From the IMG/VR virus record IMGVR_UViG_3300021354_000450, positions 77,322-141,321 of that record: a DNA stretch of 64,000 nt; one strand, 5' to 3'. The notes beneath the pieces are model-generated. The model was not told the origin of the DNA. It was given only the letters and a program-made list of their open reading frames with translations, and searched no databases. The number at the start of each line of letters is the position of its first letter. Position 1 is the stretch's first letter. This DNA is from a virus. The translations under genes and the position numbers were made by a program. Shown here in pieces: positions 8,607-17,206 of the stretch.

Positions 8607-10115
8607 ATGACAATATCATTATGTAAAATCTGTGGTGCACCCGTTGTTAAATTTATCAAATCAACAAATAAATGGTGGGATTGGTGCTCAAACAAATGTA
8701 TGGGTGCTGATCCTTCAATTTTAGAAAAAAAGAAACAAACAAATTTAAAGAAGTTTGGAGTTGCTCATCCGATGGAATTAGTAGAAATACGAGATAAAAT
8801 TAAAACAACAAATTTAGATCGTCATGGGTATGAAAATCCATTTAGTGATAAAGAAATTCAGAAAAAATTAAAACAAACTTATATTGATAAATTTGGAGTT
8901 AATAATCCATCAAAAAATAAAGAAATAATTAAAAAGATCAGTGAATCTGCAATTTTAAGATATGCCGATTCAAAAGAAGAAATTCTTAACAAACGTCAAG
9001 CTACTTCTCTTAAAACATTAGGTGTTGCTTCAAATAAGCAATTACATATTCCAAAAGAATCTATTCGTTTAATGAAAGATTTAGAATGGTTAAAAGATCA
9101 ACATTTTATTCAAAAGAAATCATGTCAACAGATTGCAAATGAATTAGGAGTGTCTGCAACTCCGATCTTAACATTTATGTCAAATAACGGAATTGAGATA
9201 ATTCGCCATTCCGTTTCACAAGTTGAACATGAAATAAGAGAATTTGTTAGCACGTTAACTGATGATGAAATTATTTTTAATGATCGATCAATTTTATATC
9301 CAAAAGAAATAGATGTATTTTTTCCAAGACAACATTTAGGAATCGAAGTAAATGGTGTTTTTTGGCATTCTGAAGAAAGAGGAAAAGACAAGTATTATCA
9401 CATTAATAAGACAAAAAAATGTGAAGATAAACAAATTCAACTATTACATATATATGATACTGAATGGGCAAACCCAATTAAGCAAGAAATTATTAAATCA
9501 AAATTAAGACATAAATTTAATAAATCAATAAGAATTTTTGCAAGACAGTGTCTTATAAAAGAAGTTGATAATAAACAAGCAGAAGAATTTTTAATTGCAA
9601 ATCATTTACAAGGAAATGTATCTTCGCGTTTTAAAATAGGATTATTTTATAATAATGAATTAATTTCAATTGCAACACTTGGAGTTTCTCGTTATAATAA
9701 ATCATATCAATTAGAACTTTTGAGATATTGTAATAAATTAAATCACACAGTTGTTGGCGGCTTAAGCAAAATATTAAAGTATGTTGCTAATAGAAATAAT
9801 ATCGATTCAATAATCTCATATGCAGATAGAAGATGGACTGCTAATTTAAATCATAATTTGTATGAATCATCAGGATTTACATTTTTACACGAGGCATTAC
9901 CTAATTACAAATATTTTAAAATAACTGATATAAATTTAACACTTCTTTCAAGAAATCAGTTTCAAAAACATTTACTTGAATCAAAATTACAAACATTTGA
10001 TAGCACACTTACAGAATATGAAAATATGACCATAAATGGATATTTTAGAATTTGGGATTGCGGCAATTTAGTATATATTTGGAAAAATAACAAAAAGGAA
10101 AAACATGAAATATAA
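8607..10115 (+). CDS. Free-standing homing endonuclease-like protein: Cys-rich N-terminus, KxTxxxxxGxxxP repeats, HTH, Vsr/PD-(D/E)xK-like nuclease, C-terminal GNAT/Mom-like domain
   Basis: CKIC...WCSNKC; repeats KQTNLKKFGVAHP / KTTNLDRHGYENP / KQTYIDKFGVNNP; QIANELGVS; EIDVF...IEVNGVFWHS; ELLRYC...GGLSK...SYADRRW...YESSGF. Confidence 0.65.
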   Translation: MTISLCKICGAPVVKFIKSTNKWWDWCSNKCMGADPSILEKKKQTNLKKFGVAHPMELVEIRDKIKTTNLDRHGYENPFSDKEIQKKLKQTYIDKFGVNNPSKNKEIIKKISESAILRYADSKEEILNKRQATSLKTLGVASNKQLHIPKESIRLMKDLEWLKDQHFIQKKSCQQIANELGVSATPILTFMSNNGIEIIRHSVSQVEHEIREFVSTLTDDEIIFNDRSILYPKEIDVFFPRQHLGIEVNGVFWHSEERGKDKYYHINKTKKCEDKQIQLLHIYDTEWANPIKQEIIKSKLRHKFNKSIRIFARQCLIKEVDNKQAEEFLIANHLQGNVSSRFKIGLFYNNELISIATLGVSRYNKSYQLELLRYCNKLNHTVVGGLSKILKYVANRNNIDSIISYADRRWTANLNHNLYESSGFTFLHEALPNYKYFKITDINLTLLSRNQFQKHLLESKLQTFDSTLTEYENMTINGYFRIWDCGNLVYIWKNNKKEKHEI

Positions 10116-11739
10116 ACCACCAGTAGATCTAACTCAAGGCGTTGGCGATTCGGCTGTATTTTTGCCAGCTATCAGTTCGTTTTATTCAACATATATTGCA
10201 AAACAACGACTTGAAGAATTTGTTCCAACTGATCGAATCCCAAAAGGATTCGATCGTGGGATCGAAGGAATGAATTTTTTAAATCCAGAAGACGGATACT
10301 TTACTTACAAGTACGGGCTATATTCAGCAGGACATGCACAATTAGATCTTAATAAAAGTCTAATTCAAGAATCAATGATTCAACAACGCGATAGAAAAAA
10401 CACTATGATTCTAGGTGACTCAGGTGGTTATCAAATAGGAAAAGGTGTTCTTAAATTTGATTGGTTAAACTTCGATGGTCCTAGTGCAAATAAAACTCGT
10501 CAAAGCATTTTAGAATGGTTAGAATTAACTGCTGATTGGTCAATGATGCTTGACGTGCCGACCTGGGCTTGTGATCATATTCATAGTCCAAAAACAGGTT
10601 TAAAAACATTTGAAGACTGTTTAGAAAAAACACGTTTTAATAATGATTACTTTTTACAAAATCGGTTAGGACAAACTAAATGGTTAAATGTATTACAAGG
10701 TGGTGATTGGGATACTGCTGAAAAATGGTATCTTGGTGTAAAAGAGTTTAGTGATCCAACCGGTCCTTATGCTGGTAAAGAAGCAGAAGGATGGGCATTT
10801 GGAGGTGCTAACATGTGTAAAATGGATATCACTTTAAAACGTCTAATGACCATGCGTGAAGATAAGTTATTAGATGGAAAAAATTGGATTCACTTTTTAG
10901 GAACAGCACAGTTAGATTGGAGTTGTTACTTAACATCAATTCAACGTCAAATTAGAAAACATATAAATCCAGAACTTACTATATCATTCGATTGTGCAAG
11001 TCCTTTTATCGCAACAGCACATGGTCTTGTTTATACTAATGCACAACACACAACTAAACGTTGGAGTGTTATTATGGATAAAGCAATGGATAATAAAGGA
11101 CTTGCCGGCAGTGAAATTCCATTTCCATTTGAAAGTGAATTTGGTAGACGGTTAACAGTTGGTGATATTTGTTATTATGATTTAGGTGTTCCAAAAACAC
11201 AACAAGAATTAGGCGAAGGTGTTAAATTTAATCACGTTGATCCTAATCATTATACTGTTGTTCCTAAACTTAATAAGTTGAATAAAATTCCAAATAAAAC
11301 TTCTTGGGATAGCTTTGCTTATGCATTAATGATGGGACATAATGTATATTGTCATATTGTTGCTGTACAACGTGCAAATCAATTAATGGATATCGAACGT
11401 GCAAAAGCAGAACCAGATTGGCGTTATTGGAACAAATTAAATGCAAAACAAGCAGGTCAAGATGAATATAGTGATTGGGTTCCAAGAAATATTTTATATT
11501 TTGATCGTTTTGTAACTGAATTGTTTGAAACAACTACTAAAGAAGAAGCATTTGAAATGATTGAACAAGCAATGCCATTCTTAAAATCGTTAGAAGGTGC
11601 AAGATTACAAGGTGGGCCTGCACAAAATACATTTAGTAATTTATTTGAAGTTGAAACCGTAACCAATGCAGAAGAAATCGATCTTGCGAATCCAGATGAC
11701 GATGACTTACGTGCTTTAGAAGAAAGTATATCAGAATGA
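10105..11739 (+). CDS. tRNA-guanine transglycosylase-family protein, probably a DNA deazaguanine transglycosylase (DpdA-like)
   Basis: TGT motifs GDSGGYQ, MLDVP, VLQGG, GWAFGG, IHFLG, SFDCAS; clustered with folE and queE. Confidence 0.8.
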   Translation: MKYKPPVDLTQGVGDSAVFLPAISSFYSTYIAKQRLEEFVPTDRIPKGFDRGIEGMNFLNPEDGYFTYKYGLYSAGHAQLDLNKSLIQESMIQQRDRKNTMILGDSGGYQIGKGVLKFDWLNFDGPSANKTRQSILEWLELTADWSMMLDVPTWACDHIHSPKTGLKTFEDCLEKTRFNNDYFLQNRLGQTKWLNVLQGGDWDTAEKWYLGVKEFSDPTGPYAGKEAEGWAFGGANMCKMDITLKRLMTMREDKLLDGKNWIHFLGTAQLDWSCYLTSIQRQIRKHINPELTISFDCASPFIATAHGLVYTNAQHTTKRWSVIMDKAMDNKGLAGSEIPFPFESEFGRRLTVGDICYYDLGVPKTQQELGEGVKFNHVDPNHYTVVPKLNKLNKIPNKTSWDSFAYALMMGHNVYCHIVAVQRANQLMDIERAKAEPDWRYWNKLNAKQAGQDEYSDWVPRNILYFDRFVTELFETTTKEEAFEMIEQAMPFLKSLEGARLQGGPAQNTFSNLFEVETVTNAEEIDLANPDDDDLRALEESISE

Positions 11740-12272
11740 AAAGAGATTATGAGTCAGGTTCAAAAGAAGGAGTAACGTTCTTTGTCGGTAAAGAAATTGA
11801 ACAAACTCCTGCTTTTGGAAAAATAACTTTATTTGTGGTTGGAGTACAAGATGTAGAAGAAATTTTACATCTTGTAAAAAACTATCCTTATGGTCCTATC
11901 GAACACATTTATTTTGGTGCAAATCAAAGTTTTCCAAAATTAAGATATGATGATGTAGAACGTTGGTCAAAATGGGAAGTTATGATCAAACAATGTTTAG
12001 ATGCAGGATATCTTTGTACATTAGATTTTGATGTTGAGCAAGTTGAGGGATTATTAGAAAGTTGTTTAGTCGAACATCATTTGTTTATTCCGCAAATTTC
12101 GGTGAAAATTCCTTACTTGACACAGTTAGGATATAATGCTACAATTAAGATAGACGATAAGGATTTTAAAGCTACAAATCCCGGCGTTTGGTGTTTACCA
12201 ATAAATGATGTAACACAACGAAAGTATTTTACTAATTGGTTTGAATATAAAAACGATGAGATTATAAAATGA
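11736..12272 (+). CDS. Hypothetical protein translationally coupled within the dpd cluster
   Basis: ATGA overlaps at both ends; motifs FFVGKEIE, HIYFGAN, KIDD..F.ATNPGVW. Confidence 0.6.
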   Translation: MKRDYESGSKEGVTFFVGKEIEQTPAFGKITLFVVGVQDVEEILHLVKNYPYGPIEHIYFGANQSFPKLRYDDVERWSKWEVMIKQCLDAGYLCTLDFDVEQVEGLLESCLVEHHLFIPQISVKIPYLTQLGYNATIKIDDKDFKATNPGVWCLPINDVTQRKYFTNWFEYKNDEIIK

Positions 12273-12691
12273 GCATTGCGGCGACAATAAGAAATGCAAA
12301 TCGACAAATTTGGGTAACTTTCAAAAAGGAAGGAATTCACTGTTTTCCAGCGGCAAAAAGCGATCCGAGGTTAAATACAAATGATGAATACGATGTTTCG
12401 TTCCTTGCGAGTCCACATCGTCACATTTTTCACTTTAGAGTGGCAATTGACGTTTTTCACAATGATCGAGATATTGAGTTTATCCAATTTAAACGCTGGC
12501 TAGAAAATTTATATGCCAGTTCTCTCAATAATTCTATTTTAGAACTTAACAACAAGAGTTGCGAAATGATTGCAGATGACTTGTATCAGCAAATTGCACA
12601 ACGATACCCTAATCGTGATGTAGTAATTGAAGTATCCGAAGATGGTGAAAATGGATGCACAATTTCATATAATGGAACAACCGTAATTTAA
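12269..12691 (+). CDS. QueD-like T-fold protein of the DpdL type (putative CDG decarboxylase)
   Basis: EGIH...LASPHRHIF (LxxxHRHxF in place of the QueD CxxxHGH motif), SCEMIA, VSEDGENG. Confidence 0.65.
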   Translation: MSIAATIRNANRQIWVTFKKEGIHCFPAAKSDPRLNTNDEYDVSFLASPHRHIFHFRVAIDVFHNDRDIEFIQFKRWLENLYASSLNNSILELNNKSCEMIADDLYQQIAQRYPNRDVVIEVSEDGENGCTISYNGTTVI

Positions 12692-12702
12692 AGGAAAGCG
12701 AA

Positions 12703-12930
12703 ATGGCACAACCCAAATGGCTCAATAAGTATTTGGTTATGAAACCAGATGTCATCAGGATTTATAACGATCTTGAAACTTGGCACAATCATTGTCGTAT
12801 TGAATTGATTGATTTTAATCCAGCAGATTTATACAAATCTAAAGCTTATAAAGATTGGCAACGAACGCAAGAATACTTGCAACGTAAAGCTCGTCGAGAA
12901 GCAAAAGCGAGGCAAAGTAATCAGATTTAA
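12703..12930 (+). CDS. Hypothetical protein
   Basis: AAGGA SD; 75 aa. Confidence 0.6.
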   Translation: MAQPKWLNKYLVMKPDVIRIYNDLETWHNHCRIELIDFNPADLYKSKAYKDWQRTQEYLQRKARREAKARQSNQI

Positions 12931-13742
12931 TCTGTATAGTCTCTGACCTTACATAGTTTATTAAACTCCCAGAAGCCCCTTAAATGGGGTTTCGTTGTAT
13001 CAAGTGATGGGCCGATTCCTTGTTCTTTACAAAATTGTATTCGATTGCCTTTGATTATAAAAACTTCCCCAGTCGGAGATGTTGCCTGCCATACATAGGC
13101 ATTATAGTTTTGTTCAGCAAATGAATCTCGTTTAGGACGTCTACGATTAGATTCTTTAGATTTAATTTTTCCCTCTTCTAATCCTGCCTGCCTAACCGAT
13201 TCTACCCATTCTTTTCCAAAGTTATTGATAAGTAAATGCCGTATAGTATATTGTGCGTGGCCTGTTTTTTCAGCAGTAGTTTTAATGGTTTTGTATTTTT
13301 CAAAAAATGATTTAATAGAAGCGACATAAGTTTGATGATCAACATAACCGATTTTCTGTGCTATTGAATCCAAATGTTTGATCTTAACTTTTGGACAACT
13401 CATCGAATTTGGAAGAGCAGCAGTTAGTTCTCTAATAGTTTGATATTGTCGGGCTGTTAAAGTCCTTTGTGTTCCAGGCTTGGTCATCTTAAAAGCATCA
13501 ACAGCTCTAAGCATCTTAAACCTAAATACTCCAGAAGTCATCTTTACTAATAATAGATGACATATATAATGTTCTCGAGCAGTTAGTGAAACAAGATTAC
13601 TTTGGTCATTAGATCCCCCAAGACTCTTTGGATGTATATGATGTTTCTCAAAATAGCCAGAAGGAGCATTACCAATACGGCGATTGATAATGTTGTAATA
13701 CCAACGATGATATTTATTGACGATGAAGTTGTTATGACCCAT
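12927..13742 (-). CDS. HNH homing endonuclease, inverted within the dpd cluster
   Basis: EKHHIHPKSLGGSNDQSNLVSLTAREHYICHLLL. Start likely ATG 13742, 5 nt after a GATAAATA box. Confidence 0.85.
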   Translation of the reverse strand: MGHNNFIVNKYHRWYYNIINRRIGNAPSGYFEKHHIHPKSLGGSNDQSNLVSLTAREHYICHLLLVKMTSGVFRFKMLRAVDAFKMTKPGTQRTLTARQYQTIRELTAALPNSMSCPKVKIKHLDSIAQKIGYVDHQTYVASIKSFFEKYKTIKTTAEKTGHAQYTIRHLLINNFGKEWVESVRQAGLEEGKIKSKESNRRRPKRDSFAEQNYNAYVWQATSPTGEVFIIKGNRIQFCKEQGIGPSLDTTKPHLRGFWEFNKLCKVRDYTD

Positions 13743-13773
13743 ACGATTATTTATCAATTCGATAGAAAAATGT

Positions 13774-13813
13774 TTGACTTTAAGAAAATTGTGTTGTATA
13801 ATGTGTTGTATAA
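13774..13813 (+). promoter_or_regulatory. Sigma70-type promoter with a duplicated -10 region
   Basis: TTGACT-N17-TATAAT (13797-13802); 12-bp direct repeat TGTGTTGTATAA twice (13790-13813). Confidence 0.7.
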
Positions 13814-13832
13814 TATAGTAAAGGAGAAAAAA

Positions 13833-14924
13833 ATGACTGTATATATTGTGGATTTAGAAAAATTAGAAACTCGCTATACTAAGCAATGGGCCATTCATGT
13901 GCCTAATTTAATAACACAACACGGGCACGAAGTAGTAGTCATCAGTGGTCCAGATGATATTCCATCTATTCCGACTCCTGGAATGTTTTTAAACTTTTCT
14001 GCTACCAATGTATACAAAGCAGTTCAAGTAGAAAAAATCAGCAGATTATTTTGCGAAGGTAAAATTAAAGACGGTGATTATTTTCTCTTTACCGATGCTT
14101 GGCATCCCGGTGTTATCAATCTAAAATACATGATTAACTTGTTAGGTATTAACGCAAAAATTGGAGGTCTGTGGCACGCAGGATCTTACGATAAATGGGA
14201 CGGATTAGGTCGTCTTGTTGGTAATGAACCATGGGTCCGTCACGCTGAGAAAAGTTTTTTCTGGGCATTTGATCATAACTATTTTGCAACTGATTTTCAT
14301 ATTAACATGTTTGTTACTAATTTACTAAATAATGGGTTTAATGTTGGTGAATGGAAACAAGAAGATGTTGATAATTTAAAAAAATCAGGAAGGATTGTAA
14401 GAACAGGTTGGCCAATGGAATATATGGAAAATGCATTAGTAGAATATAAAAATATGGAAAAACGCGACCTTATTTTATTTCCACATCGTATTGCTCCAGA
14501 AAAGCAGGTTGAAATTTTTAGAGATTTAAAAGAACACTTACCACAATATGAATTTGTTGTTTGTCAAGATCAATACTTAACAAAAAATGAATATCATAAT
14601 CTATTAGGCGAGGCTAAACTTGTGTTTAGTGCAAATTTACAAGAAACTTTAGGCATTAGTTGTTACGAAGGTGCTGTTGTAGATGCTATCCCAATGGTTC
14701 CTGATCGTTTGAGTTATTCTGAAATGTATTATAGTGCATTTAAATATCCAAGTGAATGGACCGAATCATTTGAATCATATGAAAAAAATCGTACTGCAAT
14801 TTGTCATAGAATTAACCAATATATGGACAATTACAACCAATTAAAAGCAACAGTACGTAAACAAACATCTGACCTTACTGAGCAATTTTTTAGTTGCAAT
14901 GTTTTATTAAAGATGTTAAAATAA
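13833..14924 (+). CDS. GT-B fold glycosyltransferase (GT4-like)
   Basis: Start moved to ATG 13833 (AAGGAG SD). ILFPHRIAPEK and SANLQETLGISCYEG (Ex7E) motifs. Confidence 0.75.
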   Translation: MTVYIVDLEKLETRYTKQWAIHVPNLITQHGHEVVVISGPDDIPSIPTPGMFLNFSATNVYKAVQVEKISRLFCEGKIKDGDYFLFTDAWHPGVINLKYMINLLGINAKIGGLWHAGSYDKWDGLGRLVGNEPWVRHAEKSFFWAFDHNYFATDFHINMFVTNLLNNGFNVGEWKQEDVDNLKKSGRIVRTGWPMEYMENALVEYKNMEKRDLILFPHRIAPEKQVEIFRDLKEHLPQYEFVVCQDQYLTKNEYHNLLGEAKLVFSANLQETLGISCYEGAVVDAIPMVPDRLSYSEMYYSAFKYPSEWTESFESYEKNRTAICHRINQYMDNYNQLKATVRKQTSDLTEQFFSCNVLLKMLK

Positions 14925-14930
14925 AAACAC

Positions 14931-14958
14931 AATGTCATCCACGACATTAACTCGGAGA
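14931..14958 (+). promoter_or_regulatory. Small hairpin next to the folE RBS
   Basis: AATGTC-ATCCAC-GACATT (14931-14948), then AACTCGGAGA and a GTG start. Confidence 0.4.
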
Positions 14959-14965
14959 AATATAA

Positions 14966-15658
14966 GTGTCAAATCAAACAGTAAGCGAAAAAATTCGCAC
15001 TCAATTAAAAACTAGCGGAAAACGTTTTTGGGCAGGAGATAATATCTCTGAATTTGTTAGTGAAAGCGATAAAATTAATCTTATCATTGAAGCAACACGT
15101 GCTTTCGAACTTGTTTTAGATTCATTACTAATAGACCGTGAAACAGATCCAAACTCACAAGGTACTGCCCGCAGGCTTGCAAAAATGTACTTTAATGAAA
15201 TTATGGCTGGACGGTATGATCCGGCTCCGGATGCAACAAGTTTTCCTAATGATAGCGATGACCGGTATGAAGGAATGTTGGTTGTACGAAGTGAATTAAA
15301 GTCAATGTGTTCACATCATCACCAACCTGTTAGTGGTGTAGCATATATCGGTATTATTGCTGCACAAAAACTTATTGGTTTATCAAAATATTCTAGAATT
15401 GCACAATGGTGTGCAAGACGTGGAACACTTCAAGAAGAACTATGTAACGATATTGCACGTGAAATTAGTCTAGCAACAGGCAGTGATAATATTGGTGTTT
15501 ATTTAGAGGCCGAGCATGGCTGTTGCCTAAATAGAGGTATAATGGCTCACTCGAGTTTAACTCAAACAACTGTGCTTAGAGGAGCATTTAGAACTGATCC
15601 AAGTACTAAGAAAGAGTTCTTTGATAACATCAAACTTCAATCAAGAAACGGAAAATAA
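14966..15658 (+). CDS. folE: GTP cyclohydrolase I
   Basis: TARRLAKMY, SMCSHHHQP, GLSKYSRI, QEEL, AEHGCCLNRG. Confidence 0.95.
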   Translation: MSNQTVSEKIRTQLKTSGKRFWAGDNISEFVSESDKINLIIEATRAFELVLDSLLIDRETDPNSQGTARRLAKMYFNEIMAGRYDPAPDATSFPNDSDDRYEGMLVVRSELKSMCSHHHQPVSGVAYIGIIAAQKLIGLSKYSRIAQWCARRGTLQEELCNDIAREISLATGSDNIGVYLEAEHGCCLNRGIMAHSSLTQTTVLRGAFRTDPSTKKEFFDNIKLQSRNGK

Positions 15659-15659
15659 T

Positions 15660-15950
15660 ATGATTTTTAAAAAATGGTTTAATCGTAAAGTTAAAGAAGC
15701 AATCCAATCAATCCAATCAGATAATCAACGAACCCCTAAACCAATGGAAAATTATGTCAATCAGTCAATTGACTGTGATAAAGGTATTCGATTTAAAGTT
15801 TTAAAAGCACAAGGTGGAACCATTATAGAAACAACTTTGTGGGATAATCGAAAATCTGACAATAATTTCGGACTTTATATTATAAGAGATGATGAAGATC
15901 TTGGTCAAGGTATTGCAAAGATTATAACAATAGAATCATTAAAATCATGA
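15660..15950 (+). CDS. Hypothetical protein
   Basis: ATG at 15660 just after the folE stop is a more plausible start than TTG 15621. Confidence 0.55.
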   Translation: MIFKKWFNRKVKEAIQSIQSDNQRTPKPMENYVNQSIDCDKGIRFKVLKAQGGTIIETTLWDNRKSDNNFGLYIIRDDEDLGQGIAKIITIESLKS

Positions 15951-16132
15951 TCTGTTATATGAGTGAAGAGATTGATGAAGATTTTGGCGATCTTGACAAG
16001 CAAAATAAATGGTTTCAAACCTATAAGCTTGATCCTATTAAATTAGGATATATGTGTGAAGAATATCCAGCTTTACAAAAAAGTTGGAATGAATTTATGA
16101 TAATTTATAATTTATGTAATGGTTTAAAATGA
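15947..16132 (+). CDS. Hypothetical protein
   Basis: Coupled at both ends; contains MCEEYPALQKSW. Confidence 0.55.
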   Translation: MICYMSEEIDEDFGDLDKQNKWFQTYKLDPIKLGYMCEEYPALQKSWNEFMIIYNLCNGLK

Positions 16133-16629
16133 ACAAATTAATTTTAGATGATGCAAAATTTAAAAACTTAGTTGCAAATCTCTGTAGAGAAATTTCACTT
16201 AGTAATTGGAAACCTGACTATGTTGTTGGGCTAACACGCGGTGGTTTATTACCTGCTGTTATGATTAGTCATTACTTTGAAATTCCGTGTGAAACTTTAA
16301 AAGTAAATTTACGAGATCATAAAACTGGATTAGAATCAAATTGTTGGATGGCAGAAGATGCATTTCATAACAAAAAAATACTAATTGTTGATGATATTAA
16401 TGACACCGGTGCAACTATTAATTGGATTATGCAAGATTGGCCACAAGGTTGTTATCCAAATAATGAAGTTTGGGAATCAATTTGGAACAACAATGTAAAA
16501 TTTGCAGTTGTGGTTGATAATTTATCAAGCGACTGTGAAGTTAAAATAGATTATGCAGGTATGGAAATTAACAAAGCCGAAAATGATGTTTGGGTTGATT
16601 TTCCTTACGAAGAATGGTGGACAAAATAA
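16129..16629 (+). CDS. Purine (xanthine/guanine) phosphoribosyltransferase-like protein
   Basis: VVGLTRGGL, PRPP-binding loop ILIVDDINDTGAT, C-terminal WVDFPYE. Confidence 0.85.
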   Translation: MNKLILDDAKFKNLVANLCREISLSNWKPDYVVGLTRGGLLPAVMISHYFEIPCETLKVNLRDHKTGLESNCWMAEDAFHNKKILIVDDINDTGATINWIMQDWPQGCYPNNEVWESIWNNNVKFAVVVDNLSSDCEVKIDYAGMEINKAENDVWVDFPYEEWWTK

Positions 16630-16998
16630 ATGGCAAGATTAGAAGGATTTGTTGAGAAAGGTTGGGGACACGAAATGATCTGGTCAACTAATGACAAGTA
16701 CTGTGGGAAACTTATGCACTTTAATGAAGGTGCAAAGTTTTCAATGCATTTTCATGCTGAAAAAGACGAAACTTGGTTAGTGCTAAGTGGCTGTTTTATT
16801 GTTGAATATATCGATACAACTGATGCATTAGTTCGTTCAAAAACTTTAACAAAAAATAGTGTTTGGAGGAACGAACCGTTAGTTCCTCACAGACTTATTT
16901 GTGTTGAGAAAGGTGATATTATTGAAGTATCAACTCCGGATAGTGTTGAAGACAATTATCGTATATTACCAGGTGATAGTCAAAAATTAATAAAATAG
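16630..16998 (+). CDS. Cupin, sugar isomerase-like (type II PMI C-terminal / D-lyxose isomerase-like)
   Basis: KGWGHE, SMHFHAEKDETW, PHRL, IEVST. Confidence 0.75.
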   Translation: MARLEGFVEKGWGHEMIWSTNDKYCGKLMHFNEGAKFSMHFHAEKDETWLVLSGCFIVEYIDTTDALVRSKTLTKNSVWRNEPLVPHRLICVEKGDIIEVSTPDSVEDNYRILPGDSQKLIK

Positions 16999-17027
16999 TT
17001 GATTTTATTTTAAAGTTCATGTATAAT
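16999..17027 (+). promoter_or_regulatory. Sigma70-type promoter
   Basis: TTGATT-N17-TATAAT. Confidence 0.6.
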
Positions 17028-17047
17028 AAATTTTTTTAGGAGGTTGT

Positions 17048-17206
17048 ATGAGTTGTGGTTGCGGTCGTAGTCCAACAGGTGAGTGTTGCGGTTGGCATGG
17101 TTTATCTGAAGATGCTTATAGACAAAAATTAGCTGAGTATGATAATAAAAATGTCGAAGTTCAAACTGAAGTAAACAACTCTGGAAATGATAGTGAGCAA
17201 GATTAA
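17048..17206 (+). CDS. 52-aa CDGSH-like iron-sulfur/zinc mini-protein (not in the ORF track)
   Basis: AGGAGG SD; MSCGCGRSPTGECCGWHGLSEDAY...; overlaps the queE start. Confidence 0.7.
   Translation: MSCGCGRSPTGECCGWHGLSEDAYRQKLAEYDNKNVEVQTEVNNSGNDSEQD

Noticed and set aside
12269-12691. Calling this gene canonical queD
   Set aside because: It lacks the CxxxHGH catalytic motif and has LxxxHRHxF instead; QueD activity cannot be excluded without an assay.
13602-13832. N-terminal extension of the glycosyltransferase ORF in the track
   Set aside because: It overlaps the antisense HNH gene and the promoter; the SD supports ATG 13833.
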